A stretch of DNA of 24,309 nt, from positions 1 through 24,309 of the IMG/VR virus record IMGVR_UViG_3300020192_000081, one strand, 5' to 3'. Positions 1 to 9,161 of the stretch are shown piece after piece. Position 1 is the stretch's first letter; each line of letters starts with the position of its first letter. The notes under the pieces were generated by a model. It made no database searches. It was given only the letters and a program-made list of their open reading frames with translations, and was not told the origin of the DNA. The position numbers and the translations under genes were made by a program. Source of the stretch: a virus (taxonomy: Duplodnaviria > Caudoviricetes).

Positions 1-1
1 C

Positions 2-664
2 CCCAGACGTGCCGCCCTTCCCGCCGCCGCCGCCATAGGCGTTCAGCGCGGTGCCGAACGATGTGGCGCCCCCCTGGCCTCCAGAAGCGCCGCTCGTTGT
101 CCCACCGACACCCGCCGCCCCGATGGTGACCGTGACGGTGGCATCCAGCGCAGCCGACAGCAAACTAGCGACCCGCTTGCCGCCACCGCCGCCTGCGCCA
201 CCACCGCTGCATGCCGTTGCCGCAGCGACTACAACACCTGCGGCGCCACCGCCGCCTCCGCCCCGGAGATCGACGGCGTGCGTCGTAGTGGTCGTGGGGC
301 GCACGTAGTTGAACGGGCTGTCGGACTGCGCAAGAACGAGGGTGCCACCAGTCAGCAGAATGGAAGTGATGTTTGCGCCGTCCGATTGGAGCATCCGCGT
401 GTCGCCGGGGTAGACCGCTGGGTTGCTCACGCTGTCCAGCGTGCCGCTGATCATCAATTGTTTGGTGAGGCCGGTCGTGCCGGTGCCGGAGTTTTCGAGG
501 ACGCACCACCAGCCGGCACCCACGTCCGCCGCTGCGGGCAGCGTGATCGTGGCAGCGACGGCCCCTGTATATTCGATGATCCTGCCGAAATCTGTCGCGA
601 CAAGGGTGTAGCTGGCGGTTTTCTGGTCGCGCGGTATCTTTTCGAAGCCACCAAAAATCGGCAT
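2..664 (-). CDS. Glycine-rich tail fibre-like protein (partial, runs off the left edge)
   Basis: Not in the ORF track because it has no stop in the window. ATG at 664 just after the upstream stop; reads MPIFGGFEKIPRDQKTASYTLVATDFGRIIEYTGAVAATITLPAAADVGAGWW...DLRGGGGGGAAG...VTVTIGAAGVGG...TSFGTALNAYGGGGG. The TASYTL/TITLP start and GGGGGG/VTIGAGG/TSFG motifs are typical of glycine-rich fibre domains. Confidence 0.75.
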   Translation of the reverse strand, partial: MPIFGGFEKIPRDQKTASYTLVATDFGRIIEYTGAVAATITLPAAADVGAGWWCVLENSGTGTTGLTKQLMISGTLDSVSNPAVYPGDTRMLQSDGANITSILLTGGTLVLAQSDSPFNYVRPTTTTTHAVDLRGGGGGGAAGVVVAAATACSGGGAGGGGGKRVASLLSAALDATVTVTIGAAGVGGTTSGASGGQGGATSFGTALNAYGGGGGKGGTSG

Positions 665-667
665 GGG

Positions 668-1015
668 TCAGCCCTCCAAGATCGTGACGAAAGACGCCCC
701 GGCGCTCGCCGACATTTGCACCTGGCCGCCGGAGACGACAGGGCCGCTTTCGTATGATTCGCCCGGCGCCAGATAGATGGTGCCAGACGCGCCGAGAGTC
801 GCAGGTCCGCCGGTCACGTTGAACCACACGCCGACGGCGGGGTTTGACGCCTGGATGAACAGGTATCGTCGCGTCGGAAGCGCGGCCAGCACGATCGAGC
901 TTGCCGTTCCAACCGTGGTCGAAACATCGGCGATCGCGGGCGGGGGGCCGCCACTGGTCACGTAGACGGGAATGGCGCCGGCGGGGTTGCTCTGGCTGTT
1001 CGGAAAACCTGTCAT
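668..1015 (-). CDS. Small beta-rich virion-associated protein (115 aa)
   Basis: AGGA RBS upstream, tightly packed in the operon; similar to the 134 aa protein at 11031-11435. Confidence 0.65.
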   Translation of the reverse strand: MTGFPNSQSNPAGAIPVYVTSGGPPPAIADVSTTVGTASSIVLAALPTRRYLFIQASNPAVGVWFNVTGGPATLGASGTIYLAPGESYESGPVVSGGQVQMSASAGASFVTILEG

Positions 1016-1025
1016 GGCATGTTCC

Positions 1026-2021
1026 TTACGAGTAGCAGCTGATCAGCAGCAGTCCCGGCGCTCCAGCGCCGCCAGCCCGCGCGACCACCTGGCTCTGGGT
1101 GTTCAAGCCGCCTGAGCCGCCTGCGCCTTTTCCCGTGGCCGCCGAGCCAGCGGACGATGTTCCCGCCTCGCCGCCGCCAGTGCCGTAGCTCGAATTTGCA
1201 CCCGACCCGGAGAAGCCGTTGTTCGCCCCGAAAGCCTGCGCGATGCCGCCTGCATCGCCGCCGACGAGATACAGTGCCGTGCCGCCGATCTGGCTGGCCA
1301 ACGCCCCTGCCCCGCCGCCGCCGACCGCGCCGGGCGGCACGAACGCAGTCACCCCGACGCCGCCCAGAGCACCGGGAAATGTGATGGACCCGAAGGTCGC
1401 GACCAGGGTTGTGACGGTGCCGTCCGCCCCGTTGCCGCTGTTGATGCCGATGATGCCGCCGGCGCCGCCGACCCCGATGGTGGCCACCAGGGAGGTCAGG
1501 CCGCTGGCGACTTCGACCTTGCCCCAGCCGCCGCTGCCGCCGCCCGGGCCGGGTGCGAACTCCCCCACGGCCGTGACATCAGCTGCACCCCCGCCGCCGC
1601 CGGCGCCCACGCCTTCGACCAAGATCCGGTTGGTGCCGGCTGGCAGCACGACAGCGCCGTTGGTGGTGACCGCCAGTGTACCGAGCAGTCGACCCGGCGT
1701 GGCCGCCAGCTGCGCCATCGCCTCCATCGTGCCCTTGGTATTGAGGTTGGCCGCGATGTCGCCGGCCGTCCAACCCAGCGCGGTGGTGCCTTCCTGCGCG
1801 CGCACGATGGTCAGCGCGTCGCCGGATCGGATGGTCACGTGCACCACTTCGCGCAGCAGCTTCGTGACCGCGTCGACGAACGTCATGACGAAGTATTCGC
1901 TGGCGCCGGGGTTAGGAAACAGCACCCCGGTGCCAGGCGCCAGATTGCAGGTGGTGGCGACGTTGCTGATCGAACCCGCCAGGGTGGACGCAGCGTTGTT
2001 GCTGAATCGGATAGTGGACAC
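1026..2021 (-). CDS. Tail fibre protein: baseplate-attachment N-terminus plus glycine-rich C-terminal domain (331 aa)
   Basis: N-terminus FSNNAASTLAGSI...EVVHVT..SGDALTIVRAQEGTTALGW is a recurring phage fibre N-terminal domain; C-terminal GAGGGGG...GGAGAPGLLLI region; downstream of baseplate J. Confidence 0.75.
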   Translation of the reverse strand: MSTIRFSNNAASTLAGSISNVATTCNLAPGTGVLFPNPGASEYFVMTFVDAVTKLLREVVHVTIRSGDALTIVRAQEGTTALGWTAGDIAANLNTKGTMEAMAQLAATPGRLLGTLAVTTNGAVVLPAGTNRILVEGVGAGGGGGAADVTAVGEFAPGPGGGSGGWGKVEVASGLTSLVATIGVGGAGGIIGINSGNGADGTVTTLVATFGSITFPGALGGVGVTAFVPPGAVGGGGAGALASQIGGTALYLVGGDAGGIAQAFGANNGFSGSGANSSYGTGGGEAGTSSAGSAATGKGAGGSGGLNTQSQVVARAGGAGAPGLLLISCYS

Positions 2022-2129
2022 GCGACTGTCTCCCGCCAGGATGCGGGCCTTCTTTATCCCGATTGCGGCACGACTGCATAGAGTTTCCGCCGCGCCGGCG
2101 CTGCGCCATCCCTGCGGCGCCCGCCTGGA

Positions 2130-3548
2130 TCAGCCCTGGACGATGTCGACGTGCGTGGCGTCGCAGTAGAAGTAGCTCTCGGGATCGCCTGCGATGATGC
2201 CAGTGCCGGCGCTGGGCGGAACGCCGATGCCGTTGATCGAGACAGCGAAGATCATCCGCGTCAGCTGCGAGGCAGGGACCAGCGACGCCACAGCATTGGC
2301 GAAGACGACTTGCAGCTCGAACAGGTTCATGGGCTGGCCGACGACCACGCCCATCACGTAGGCGACCAGCGCCGGCGAGCCTAACTGCGCCACGGCCGCG
2401 GGCGGCACCAGGTTCGTGCTGGTGGTGTTCCATGTCACTGAGATATCGACCACCTGCTGCGGCGGCTGCACGTAGCGGATGATGTATGTGTCGGGGAAAT
2501 CCAAGATGCCGACTGCCTGATTTCGATCGTTCGGCGTGCAGATGCCCCCGCTCACGTAGGCGCCAAAGGCGGTCGTATCGACGCCGATCGAGAAGGTTTT
2601 CTCCGTGACGACCGTCGCCGTGTACGTGTTGCCGTTGAGCGCGGTCATGCCGACCACACCGGCGATCGCGACCAAATCTCCGTTGATGTAGCCGTGATTC
2701 AGGTCGGTCGTCACCACCCCAGGGTTGGCCTGGGTCACGTTGGTGATGGCGATGGTGCTGCCGACCAGCGTGCTGATGTCGAAAAGCGCGATGAATATGG
2801 CGTAGGCCACCTGGTAGGGATCGCCGCCGCCACAGATCACCTCCCAGCCGCCCGTCCTCTGGCGGACCGAGACCAGCCGCGCCTGCACGCCCTCCACGGC
2901 CTGGAGCGCCGTGCGCAGCGCCGTCGGCATGCCCTGGCTGACCGCGAGCCCCGCTTGCAGCACCTGCGCGCGGTATTGCTCCGTCGTCTGCGCGCCGATG
3001 CCTGGCAGCCCGGCGGTGGGGTTGCTGACGGCCAGGGTCACTTCGGCCGGAACCGAGGTCACCAGCTGGTTGACGGTTCCGGGCGGCACAGCCCAAGAGC
3101 CCTGTTCGGTGGCCAGCGCGAAGATGCTGTCCGACTGGCCGGCCGTGCCGATCACGCCGCCGGTCTGCACCACGTACTGGCGGGTGCCATCGCTGACCAC
3201 GAACCCGGCTGAGATCACGAAGCCGACCGATCCGGTGAAAGTCACCTGCACGCTGGTCGTGCTGTTCCGGCCCAGCGGGACGCCGTAGATGTTGCCCAGC
3301 TGCCGCAGCAGGAATTCGTTCGCGCCATACGGCGTGAGGCTGTTGAACAGCTCCACCCGCGCAGCATCGGCCAGGGCGATTGCCGCCACGTCGGTGCTCG
3401 CGATGTCCTCGATCAGCGATCCCGGCAGGTTCGCGGTGTATCCGGGGTTCGTGCTGGCCACCAGGTCGATCAGCGCCTCGCGGATGGCGATCGGCGACTG
3501 CGGCTGCAGCCCGGCCGCCGTGACCACTGTGGGGAAGCTGTCGCTCAT
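2130..3548 (-). CDS. Baseplate J-like wedge protein (472 aa) with an inserted beta-domain
   Basis: NLPGSLIED, LGNIYGVP, VTFTG..GFVI..G..VSDG and TEQYRAQV motifs as in baseplate J proteins; position after spike and small wedge genes. Confidence 0.85.
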   Translation of the reverse strand: MSDSFPTVVTAAGLQPQSPIAIREALIDLVASTNPGYTANLPGSLIEDIASTDVAAIALADAARVELFNSLTPYGANEFLLRQLGNIYGVPLGRNSTTSVQVTFTGSVGFVISAGFVVSDGTRQYVVQTGGVIGTAGQSDSIFALATEQGSWAVPPGTVNQLVTSVPAEVTLAVSNPTAGLPGIGAQTTEQYRAQVLQAGLAVSQGMPTALRTALQAVEGVQARLVSVRQRTGGWEVICGGGDPYQVAYAIFIALFDISTLVGSTIAITNVTQANPGVVTTDLNHGYINGDLVAIAGVVGMTALNGNTYTATVVTEKTFSIGVDTTAFGAYVSGGICTPNDRNQAVGILDFPDTYIIRYVQPPQQVVDISVTWNTTSTNLVPPAAVAQLGSPALVAYVMGVVVGQPMNLFELQVVFANAVASLVPASQLTRMIFAVSINGIGVPPSAGTGIIAGDPESYFYCDATHVDIVQG

Positions 3549-3892
3549 ATCGCGATCTCCTGCTGGATCGTCGTGCCGTAGTTGGTGACGATGTTCACCC
3601 GATAGGTAGGATTCGGCTCAGGCATCCTGGTGATGATCACCGACGCAAAGTAGGGCGCGAACTGTCGCTGCGTCTGGAACACGTAGAAGTCGGGGAATAT
3701 CTGCTGGATGATCGACTGCTCGGACGGAATGCCGTGGTTCGCGAAGAAGGGCGATTCGCCCAGGATCAGCAGTAGGCACTGGCAGAGCGTGGTCACGAAT
3801 ACATAGTCGTCCGACCCGTTGTCCTGGGTCTCGATCTCGACCCACCGCTTGTAGCCGGTCTCGTCCGGTGGCAGGCGTCCGTACGTCCTCAT
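3545..3892 (-). CDS. Baseplate wedge/sheath initiator protein, gp25/gpW-like (115 aa)
   Basis: LILGESPFFANHGIP motif; size and position between spike and J; ATGA overlaps at both ends. Confidence 0.7.
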   Translation of the reverse strand: MRTYGRLPPDETGYKRWVEIETQDNGSDDYVFVTTLCQCLLLILGESPFFANHGIPSEQSIIQQIFPDFYVFQTQRQFAPYFASVIITRMPEPNPTYRVNIVTNYGTTIQQEIAI

Positions 3893-4494
3893 GTCGGTGG
3901 CCCCGATGTTCCGCCGCCCGGCTGGACCGCTGAGTGGCGATGCGTCTTCAAGCTGATGCCGTCGGCTATCACGTCGCCGCCCACCACGGTGACATTTCCG
4001 CCGCCCGGCAGGGTGATGACGATGCCGCCGGGGGTCAATTCGATCTTGCAGGTGCCGGCGCTGTCGCGGATCGTCACGCCGCCCGGGCCGTAGAGCGTGA
4101 CGACGTTTGCCCCCACGTCCTGGAACCCGAGGTTCCCGATCGGCGCGAACACCAGCGCGCCGAGGTTGCTCTGCTGGGTGAGGTCGGCCGTGCCTCCGCC
4201 CAGGCCTGACATGCCGCCGAGGTAGGCGTCGGCTGGAATGACGAAGCCGCGGCAGCCCACCGGCAGGGGCGCGCGGATGTATTCGCTGGTCAGCACCGGC
4301 ACCTTCACGCGGGGCAGAGTGAAGGGGATGGCGCGGAGCTCGAATTTGACGGTCACGATGGCGCCCGCCTTGTTCACCGCCACGATCGACGCCGGCAGCG
4401 CCTTTCCCAGCAGCTGGATCGCGTCGAGCGCTCGCTGTCTGCTGAGGTCGTTGAGGCTTTGGCCGAGAGGTTTGCGCAGATATGAGTCAGACAT
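3889..4494 (-). CDS. Baseplate central spike protein, gpV/gp138-like (201 aa)
   Basis: C-terminal DVIADGISLKTHRHSAVQPGGGTSGPP with the HxH metal-binding tip motif; OB-fold-like N-terminus. Confidence 0.85.
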   Translation of the reverse strand: MSDSYLRKPLGQSLNDLSRQRALDAIQLLGKALPASIVAVNKAGAIVTVKFELRAIPFTLPRVKVPVLTSEYIRAPLPVGCRGFVIPADAYLGGMSGLGGGTADLTQQSNLGALVFAPIGNLGFQDVGANVVTLYGPGGVTIRDSAGTCKIELTPGGIVITLPGGGNVTVVGGDVIADGISLKTHRHSAVQPGGGTSGPPT

Positions 4495-5488
4495 TGGCCA
4501 ACAGCTTCACCATCTGGAACGTGGTCACCCACGACATTCCGCTGGACGCGCGAAACCGGCCGGTGTGGCGGGCGTTATTGATCTGGAACATGCCAGCGAA
4601 TGCATCGCGCGCGCGCGCCTGCGATTGCGACTGCGCTGTGGTCAGGCTCTGGAGGAAGGAGAGGTTTGGCGGCAGCTCCACGAAATCGCCCGGCTGGAGG
4701 TCGGCGCGCATCACGGTGGTGACCGAAATCGTGTTGGCCGACAGCCAGACGATCTGGCCCACCAAGTCGGTGAACATGATCGCCTTGGGCGGAGTGCGCG
4801 TCGATCCGTCCTGGATGATGAACTCCGTGCCGCGCAAGGAGATCTGCACACCGGGATAGCCGCGGTCGCGGATGATGCCGAGGCTGATGTTCCGCACGAA
4901 CGTCGCGAATTGCAACATTGTCGCGTAGTAGCCCGGCTGGTCCTGCGGCAGCACCAGGCGCGGGCTGATGTTGATCGTCAGCGTGTAGGGAGCCGGGAAT
5001 GCCGCGCGCAGGGTGGCGCGCAGCGCGTCCGCCAGGCTGCCGCCGGCCTTCCAGTCGATGGTGAGGTTGATCGGAACTTCCGGCAGGGTGTTGCCCGCCG
5101 AGTAGATCAGCTCGAGCGTCATGTCCGTGCCGACCCAATTGCCGAAAGCTTGCTGGATCGTGCCCGTCATCAGCAAACCGGCCTGCGCGGGTTTTGCCAG
5201 AGGCAGGCCGCGCTGCATGCCGCCGAACACCTCGATGTTCATGAGGTTGAAGTTGCTCGCCTGGATCAGCGTGTCGAGGTCCACGCCGTAAATCCGGACG
5301 TGGCCGCCCCCCATGGGGGTGGCGAAGCTCGTGACCGGAATGTCGAAATCGACGTCCAGCGCATTCGGCAGCGCAAGCCCGGCAGGGCTTTGAGCGCGAT
5401 AGGACTGCAGCACGGCGCCCGTCACTGCTGGCCTGCCTGCGGCCGCCGGCGCTGCCGGGCGCGCGATGTTGATCAGGTAGTAGCGCAC
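4487..5488 (-). CDS. Baseplate hub protein (333 aa)
   Basis: Size and position just upstream of the spike; C-terminal GMFQINNARHTGRFR...WVT pattern typical of hub proteins; GTG start. Confidence 0.7.
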   Translation of the reverse strand: MRYYLINIARPAAPAAAGRPAVTGAVLQSYRAQSPAGLALPNALDVDFDIPVTSFATPMGGGHVRIYGVDLDTLIQASNFNLMNIEVFGGMQRGLPLAKPAQAGLLMTGTIQQAFGNWVGTDMTLELIYSAGNTLPEVPINLTIDWKAGGSLADALRATLRAAFPAPYTLTINISPRLVLPQDQPGYYATMLQFATFVRNISLGIIRDRGYPGVQISLRGTEFIIQDGSTRTPPKAIMFTDLVGQIVWLSANTISVTTVMRADLQPGDFVELPPNLSFLQSLTTAQSQSQARARDAFAGMFQINNARHTGRFRASSGMSWVTTFQMVKLLANV

Positions 5489-5498
5489 GCGCGCGGCC

Positions 5499-5774
5499 TC
5501 ACGGGTCGATCACTTCAAACTGCCCGCGCGCCGGCCGCCAGACCAGTTTGGTCGCTGTGTAGTTGGCGGTCAGGCTGATATCTGAATCCAGCGGCGACCC
5601 CACCATGGCGATCGCGAGCAGAAGGACTGCATCGTCGGTGTAGATGTTGGCGTACCAGCGCTGGCCGAACAGGTTCCACGTCACCACCACGGTGTAGGCT
5701 TGGCCGTCCAGCACTGCCTGGAACTGGAATGGCCCAGTCGGCGTCGGCAGGAAGGGAACGAGCACCGTGCTCAT
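5499..5774 (-). CDS. Small baseplate protein (91 aa)
   Basis: FQAVLDGQAY...WNLFGQRWY pattern of small baseplate components; ATGA overlap with the upstream gene. Confidence 0.65.
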   Translation of the reverse strand: MSTVLVPFLPTPTGPFQFQAVLDGQAYTVVVTWNLFGQRWYANIYTDDAVLLLAIAMVGSPLDSDISLTANYTATKLVWRPARGQFEVIDP

Positions 5775-6526
5775 ATCAGCGGCACCTGCGGGGCGCCCGG
5801 CATGATGCCTGCGCCGATCACGTTCTGCGCGGCCGTCAGCACCGAGGACGCTGCTCCGGTCAGTGCCTGGCCGACAGTGAGCGCCGCACCGCTGGACGCG
5901 CCCGTGGTCGGAATGCCGCTGGCAATCGCTGACATCTGCGCGTTGAGTGCGCCGAGCGCGTCTTCCTCGGTGATCAATGGGCGGGTGAAATCGAACTGGA
6001 ATTCCGCCTGCACCTGGCGGCCGGAACTCTGCGTGATGTCGCGCAGGTCGGTGAGCAGGCAGTTGACATAGATGAACGCCGGCGTGGCGACGATGTATGT
6101 GCCCCCGGTCGTGCTGTGCAGGTTCAGCGTGGCGCGCAGCGCGGTCATCGTAGCCAGCTTGGTGATGTAGCCGCCCGGGCCGCGGGCGGGGCAGATCATG
6201 CGCAGCGAGATTCGCAGGGGATCGGAGATGATCGCGTTGGCTGCCACCTGCTGGTTGGCGAAGGGATAGTCGCCCACCCGGTTGGCGATCAGCGTGCCGC
6301 CCGGCAGCGGCTCGAAGTGGCCGAAGAAGTCGTTGAGCGCCATGTTCTGCGCGCCGCCCATGATGCCGCGAATGAAGTTGATCGACTCCGTCAGCGCGAT
6401 GATCGGCAGCACGCCGGTCGGCACGAACTCCGTCACCCGACTCTTGCCGGTCAGGATGATGGGGCTGATCTCGTAGCCGAGCTTGAAGATCTCCCGCCCG
6501 ATCGAGGTGAAGGCGCTGCCGCTCAT
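5771..6526 (-). CDS. Tail tube initiator/baseplate protein (251 aa)
   Basis: Directly after the tape measure gene with ATGA overlap; YPFANQQVAANA..I..P motif. Function from gene order. Confidence 0.6.
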   Translation of the reverse strand: MSGSAFTSIGREIFKLGYEISPIILTGKSRVTEFVPTGVLPIIALTESINFIRGIMGGAQNMALNDFFGHFEPLPGGTLIANRVGDYPFANQQVAANAIISDPLRISLRMICPARGPGGYITKLATMTALRATLNLHSTTGGTYIVATPAFIYVNCLLTDLRDITQSSGRQVQAEFQFDFTRPLITEEDALGALNAQMSAIASGIPTTGASSGAALTVGQALTGAASSVLTAAQNVIGAGIMPGAPQVPLI

Positions 6527-8454
6527 TGCGCCCTCACCGCTGCACCCGTGACGGCCACGCGCGCGCCCGTCTGATTTTCGATGCGCACGTCCACACGCGG
6601 CGGTGTTTGGCCGGTGCCGCGGCCGCCGTCGCGCCCTTCGCGTTCATCGCGTCGCAGCCGCTCGATAATCGGGTCGACCACGGCTGCCAGGTAGTCGCGC
6701 GTCTCGCGCGGCATGCGGGGGCTGAGGCGCCAATTCTCGCCGTGCTCCTGCACCGCCGTGTCGACGTGGAGCATCCCCCAATTGTATGCAGCCGTCGCTT
6801 TCGCCAGGTCGCCCTGATAGCGGGACATCAAGTCCTGCATATATCTGCCAGCCGCCTCGCTGGACCGGCCCAGGTCGTTGAAGTGCTCGGGGCGGCTGAG
6901 CCCGTATTGCGCGCCGGTGGCAGGCATTAACTGGAAGTGGCCCAGCGCGCCGGCGCGGCTGGCCTGCAATTGCGTCCCGCGAGCGGACTCGCGCTGCCAT
7001 ATCCTGTCGAGCAGACCGGACGGCAGTCCGCGGCGCGCCTCGATATCGCCGAACGATGTGCCGGCGGTGTGGCTCATGGCCAGCCACGAGGCGACGTCCA
7101 GATGCTCCAGGTTCACCCCTGGCACTGAGCCAGTGCTCCACTGCTCCAGGAAGGAAGCGCCCATCATCTCGCGGCTCAACCCTGCGCGTGCGCCTCGCCG
7201 GGCTACGTAGCCCGCATACTGGCCCGATTGAGCCAGCCCGGCATCGACCTCGAAGGTGTCCGCGGCGCGGGCTGCGCCTACCGCCCCCCCGCCCCCGCTG
7301 AACAGCCCATTGATCCAGGATGCCACCCGCGACACCGCGCGCCAGACGGACTCGACCGTCCTGCCGAATTGGCGGATGTCCTCGAGGAAGTTGTTGGAGC
7401 TGATGTAGTCGCCCGCGATGCGAATGCCGGTGGCCAGCACGTTGATCGCCGACCGCATCACGTCGAGCGAGAGCGCGGTCTTGACCGCCTCGGTGAACGC
7501 GTCCGACAGCTTCTCGATCTCGGGTGCGAGCGGCGACAGCTTGTCGAGGAACACCGTCTGGACCACATGGCCCGCCCGGTCGAACTGCACGCTGAGGCTC
7601 TGCCACCGCCGCGCCAGCGCGTCCGACACCGTCATGCGAACCCGGTCCTGCTCGACCATGAGCCGGCTGGACTCGATCTCCTGCACCGTCATCGCGTGCA
7701 GGCGTTGCAGGTCTTCCTCGGTGAAAACCTCGAGCAGGCCGCGGGCCCGGGCGTAGGACAGCGACTGCCCGCCTTCCTCGTAGATTTGCTTCGCCCGAAG
7801 CGGCGCCTGCTGCCCCAGTTCCCCCGTGCTGGCGAGGGGGTCCAGTCCCATCGAGAGCAGCGCCCATCGCCGATCGGGGTCGTTCCTGGCGCTCGACAGG
7901 TTGCCCAGCACGCTGCGCGCGTCGAACGCCTTGCCGAAGTTGGTCTCGTACGCACGCAGCTCGCCCGGCTCCAGCCCCAGGCCCTGGCTGGCGCGGCGTG
8001 TGGCGCCTGCACCGCTGGCCAGGGAGGATATGCCCCACAAGCCGCCGGCGCCCACCAGGCCCGCGCCCAGGGCGCCCACGGTGGCCCATTTGAGCATGCC
8101 CACGGCCGCGCTGGTGATGCGGCTGCTGATCGCTCCGTAGATGCCGAGCATCTGGCGGCCGTTCTGCACCGCCAGCCGCGTCCAGTGGACGATGGAGCCC
8201 CAGCTGCCAGCCGTCTCGCGCAGCGCGCGGTTGTAGTCGCGCTGGCCGTCCACCGTCTTGTTGGTCGCGCTGATCACTTTGGACAGCGAATCGGTCTGCG
8301 CGTCGATGCGGTCACCGACGCCGGCGATCGCTGCCTCGATGCGTCCCCAGGCCATCGGCAGCTTGTCGATGGCGAGCGTGTATTTTGCGAAGTCCTCGGT
8401 GAACTTCTTGAAGGCTTCGTCGTCGACCTGGACTTCAAAAATGCTGGTCGCCAT
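6523..8454 (-). CDS. Tape measure protein with C-terminal lytic transglycosylase (SLT) domain (643 aa)
   Basis: Long helical Ala/Gly-rich protein after tube and chaperone; SLT motifs IWQRES (catalytic Glu), AGALGHFQLMPAT, AAYNWG. ATG at 8454 in a TGATG overlap preferred over TTG at 8457. Confidence 0.9.
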   Translation of the reverse strand: MATSIFEVQVDDEAFKKFTEDFAKYTLAIDKLPMAWGRIEAAIAGVGDRIDAQTDSLSKVISATNKTVDGQRDYNRALRETAGSWGSIVHWTRLAVQNGRQMLGIYGAISSRITSAAVGMLKWATVGALGAGLVGAGGLWGISSLASGAGATRRASQGLGLEPGELRAYETNFGKAFDARSVLGNLSSARNDPDRRWALLSMGLDPLASTGELGQQAPLRAKQIYEEGGQSLSYARARGLLEVFTEEDLQRLHAMTVQEIESSRLMVEQDRVRMTVSDALARRWQSLSVQFDRAGHVVQTVFLDKLSPLAPEIEKLSDAFTEAVKTALSLDVMRSAINVLATGIRIAGDYISSNNFLEDIRQFGRTVESVWRAVSRVASWINGLFSGGGGAVGAARAADTFEVDAGLAQSGQYAGYVARRGARAGLSREMMGASFLEQWSTGSVPGVNLEHLDVASWLAMSHTAGTSFGDIEARRGLPSGLLDRIWQRESARGTQLQASRAGALGHFQLMPATGAQYGLSRPEHFNDLGRSSEAAGRYMQDLMSRYQGDLAKATAAYNWGMLHVDTAVQEHGENWRLSPRMPRETRDYLAAVVDPIIERLRRDEREGRDGGRGTGQTPPRVDVRIENQTGARVAVTGAAVRAQ

Positions 8455-8762
8455 CAAAACCCCCTGCCGGCTGCCGCGGCGACCAGATATCGCTGCCGGT
8501 ACTGATGCGCGTTGGCATAGTCCTCAAGGCCTGCTTGCAGCGCGAATTCAGGCCACCCCGATGTCGCCTGCCAATCGAGGATTGCGCCTAGATGGCCGGT
8601 TCCGTCGCGCCAGTATTCGCGGCCGCGATCGATATCGGCAAGGAAGCGGCGAAGTCCGTAGAGTTGGACGAGGTGGTCCGGGTGCCCCAGAGGTCGCCCG
8701 TGCTCTTCAGCAGCGCTGCCAGCGATTTCGGGCGGTGCATGGCAGAGAGCACCGTAAAAAAC
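8454..8762 (-). CDS. Probable -1 frameshift extension of the tail assembly chaperone (lambda gpT-like segment)
   Basis: The -1 frame stays open past the chaperone stop (..LYGLRRFLADIDRGREYWRD..YRQRYL..) and ends in TGA overlapping the tape measure ATG. The exact shift point is uncertain. Confidence 0.5.
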   Translation of the reverse strand, partial: VFYGALCHAPPEIAGSAAEEHGRPLGHPDHLVQLYGLRRFLADIDRGREYWRDGTGHLGAILDWQATSGWPEFALQAGLEDYANAHQYRQRYLVAAAAGRGF

Positions 8763-9148
8763 ACGACGGCGCCCATCACCTCGGATTTCTCGCGCTCGCT
8801 GAAAACGCCCTGTTGCACCGCCACGGTGAGCGGCAGCGAGGCCCAGCCGTTGTCGCCGGGCTGCACGACATTGGACAGACGCGCCATCTCGGCCACCAGG
8901 CTGCGCTCCACGCCCTGGGGGCCCTCCCACACCTCCATCGCCTTGGCCACGTCCTTGAGCGCCAGGGCGGCCAGCCGGGGCCCGGCGATGACCGACAAGC
9001 CCTCGGCGTTGATGACGGCGAACGTTTTGCCCAGCACCAGCCAATGCGCCTCGAACACCTGGCGCGACAGCGGCGCCACGTGAACGAACACCTCGTGCGT
9101 GCCGCGGGGAATCGGGATAATGAGGTTCAGCGTGTCGTCCATACGCAT
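8588..9148 (-). CDS. Tail assembly chaperone (186 aa)
   Basis: Between tube and tape measure; GGAGGAG RBS. Confidence 0.75.
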   Translation of the reverse strand: MRMDDTLNLIIPIPRGTHEVFVHVAPLSRQVFEAHWLVLGKTFAVINAEGLSVIAGPRLAALALKDVAKAMEVWEGPQGVERSLVAEMARLSNVVQPGDNGWASLPLTVAVQQGVFSEREKSEVMGAVVFFTVLSAMHRPKSLAALLKSTGDLWGTRTTSSNSTDFAASLPISIAAANTGATEPAI

Positions 9149-9161
9149 GGTCCGCTCCTCC

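Noticed and set aside
4606-4618. Alternating (CG)n run
   Set aside because: Short, inside the hub gene (Ala-Arg codons), unremarkable in high-GC DNA.
6700-7050. Lytic transglycosylase as a novel fusion or an endolysin
   Set aside because: SLT domains on tape measure proteins are well known; it is part of the tape measure frame and no holin is adjacent.
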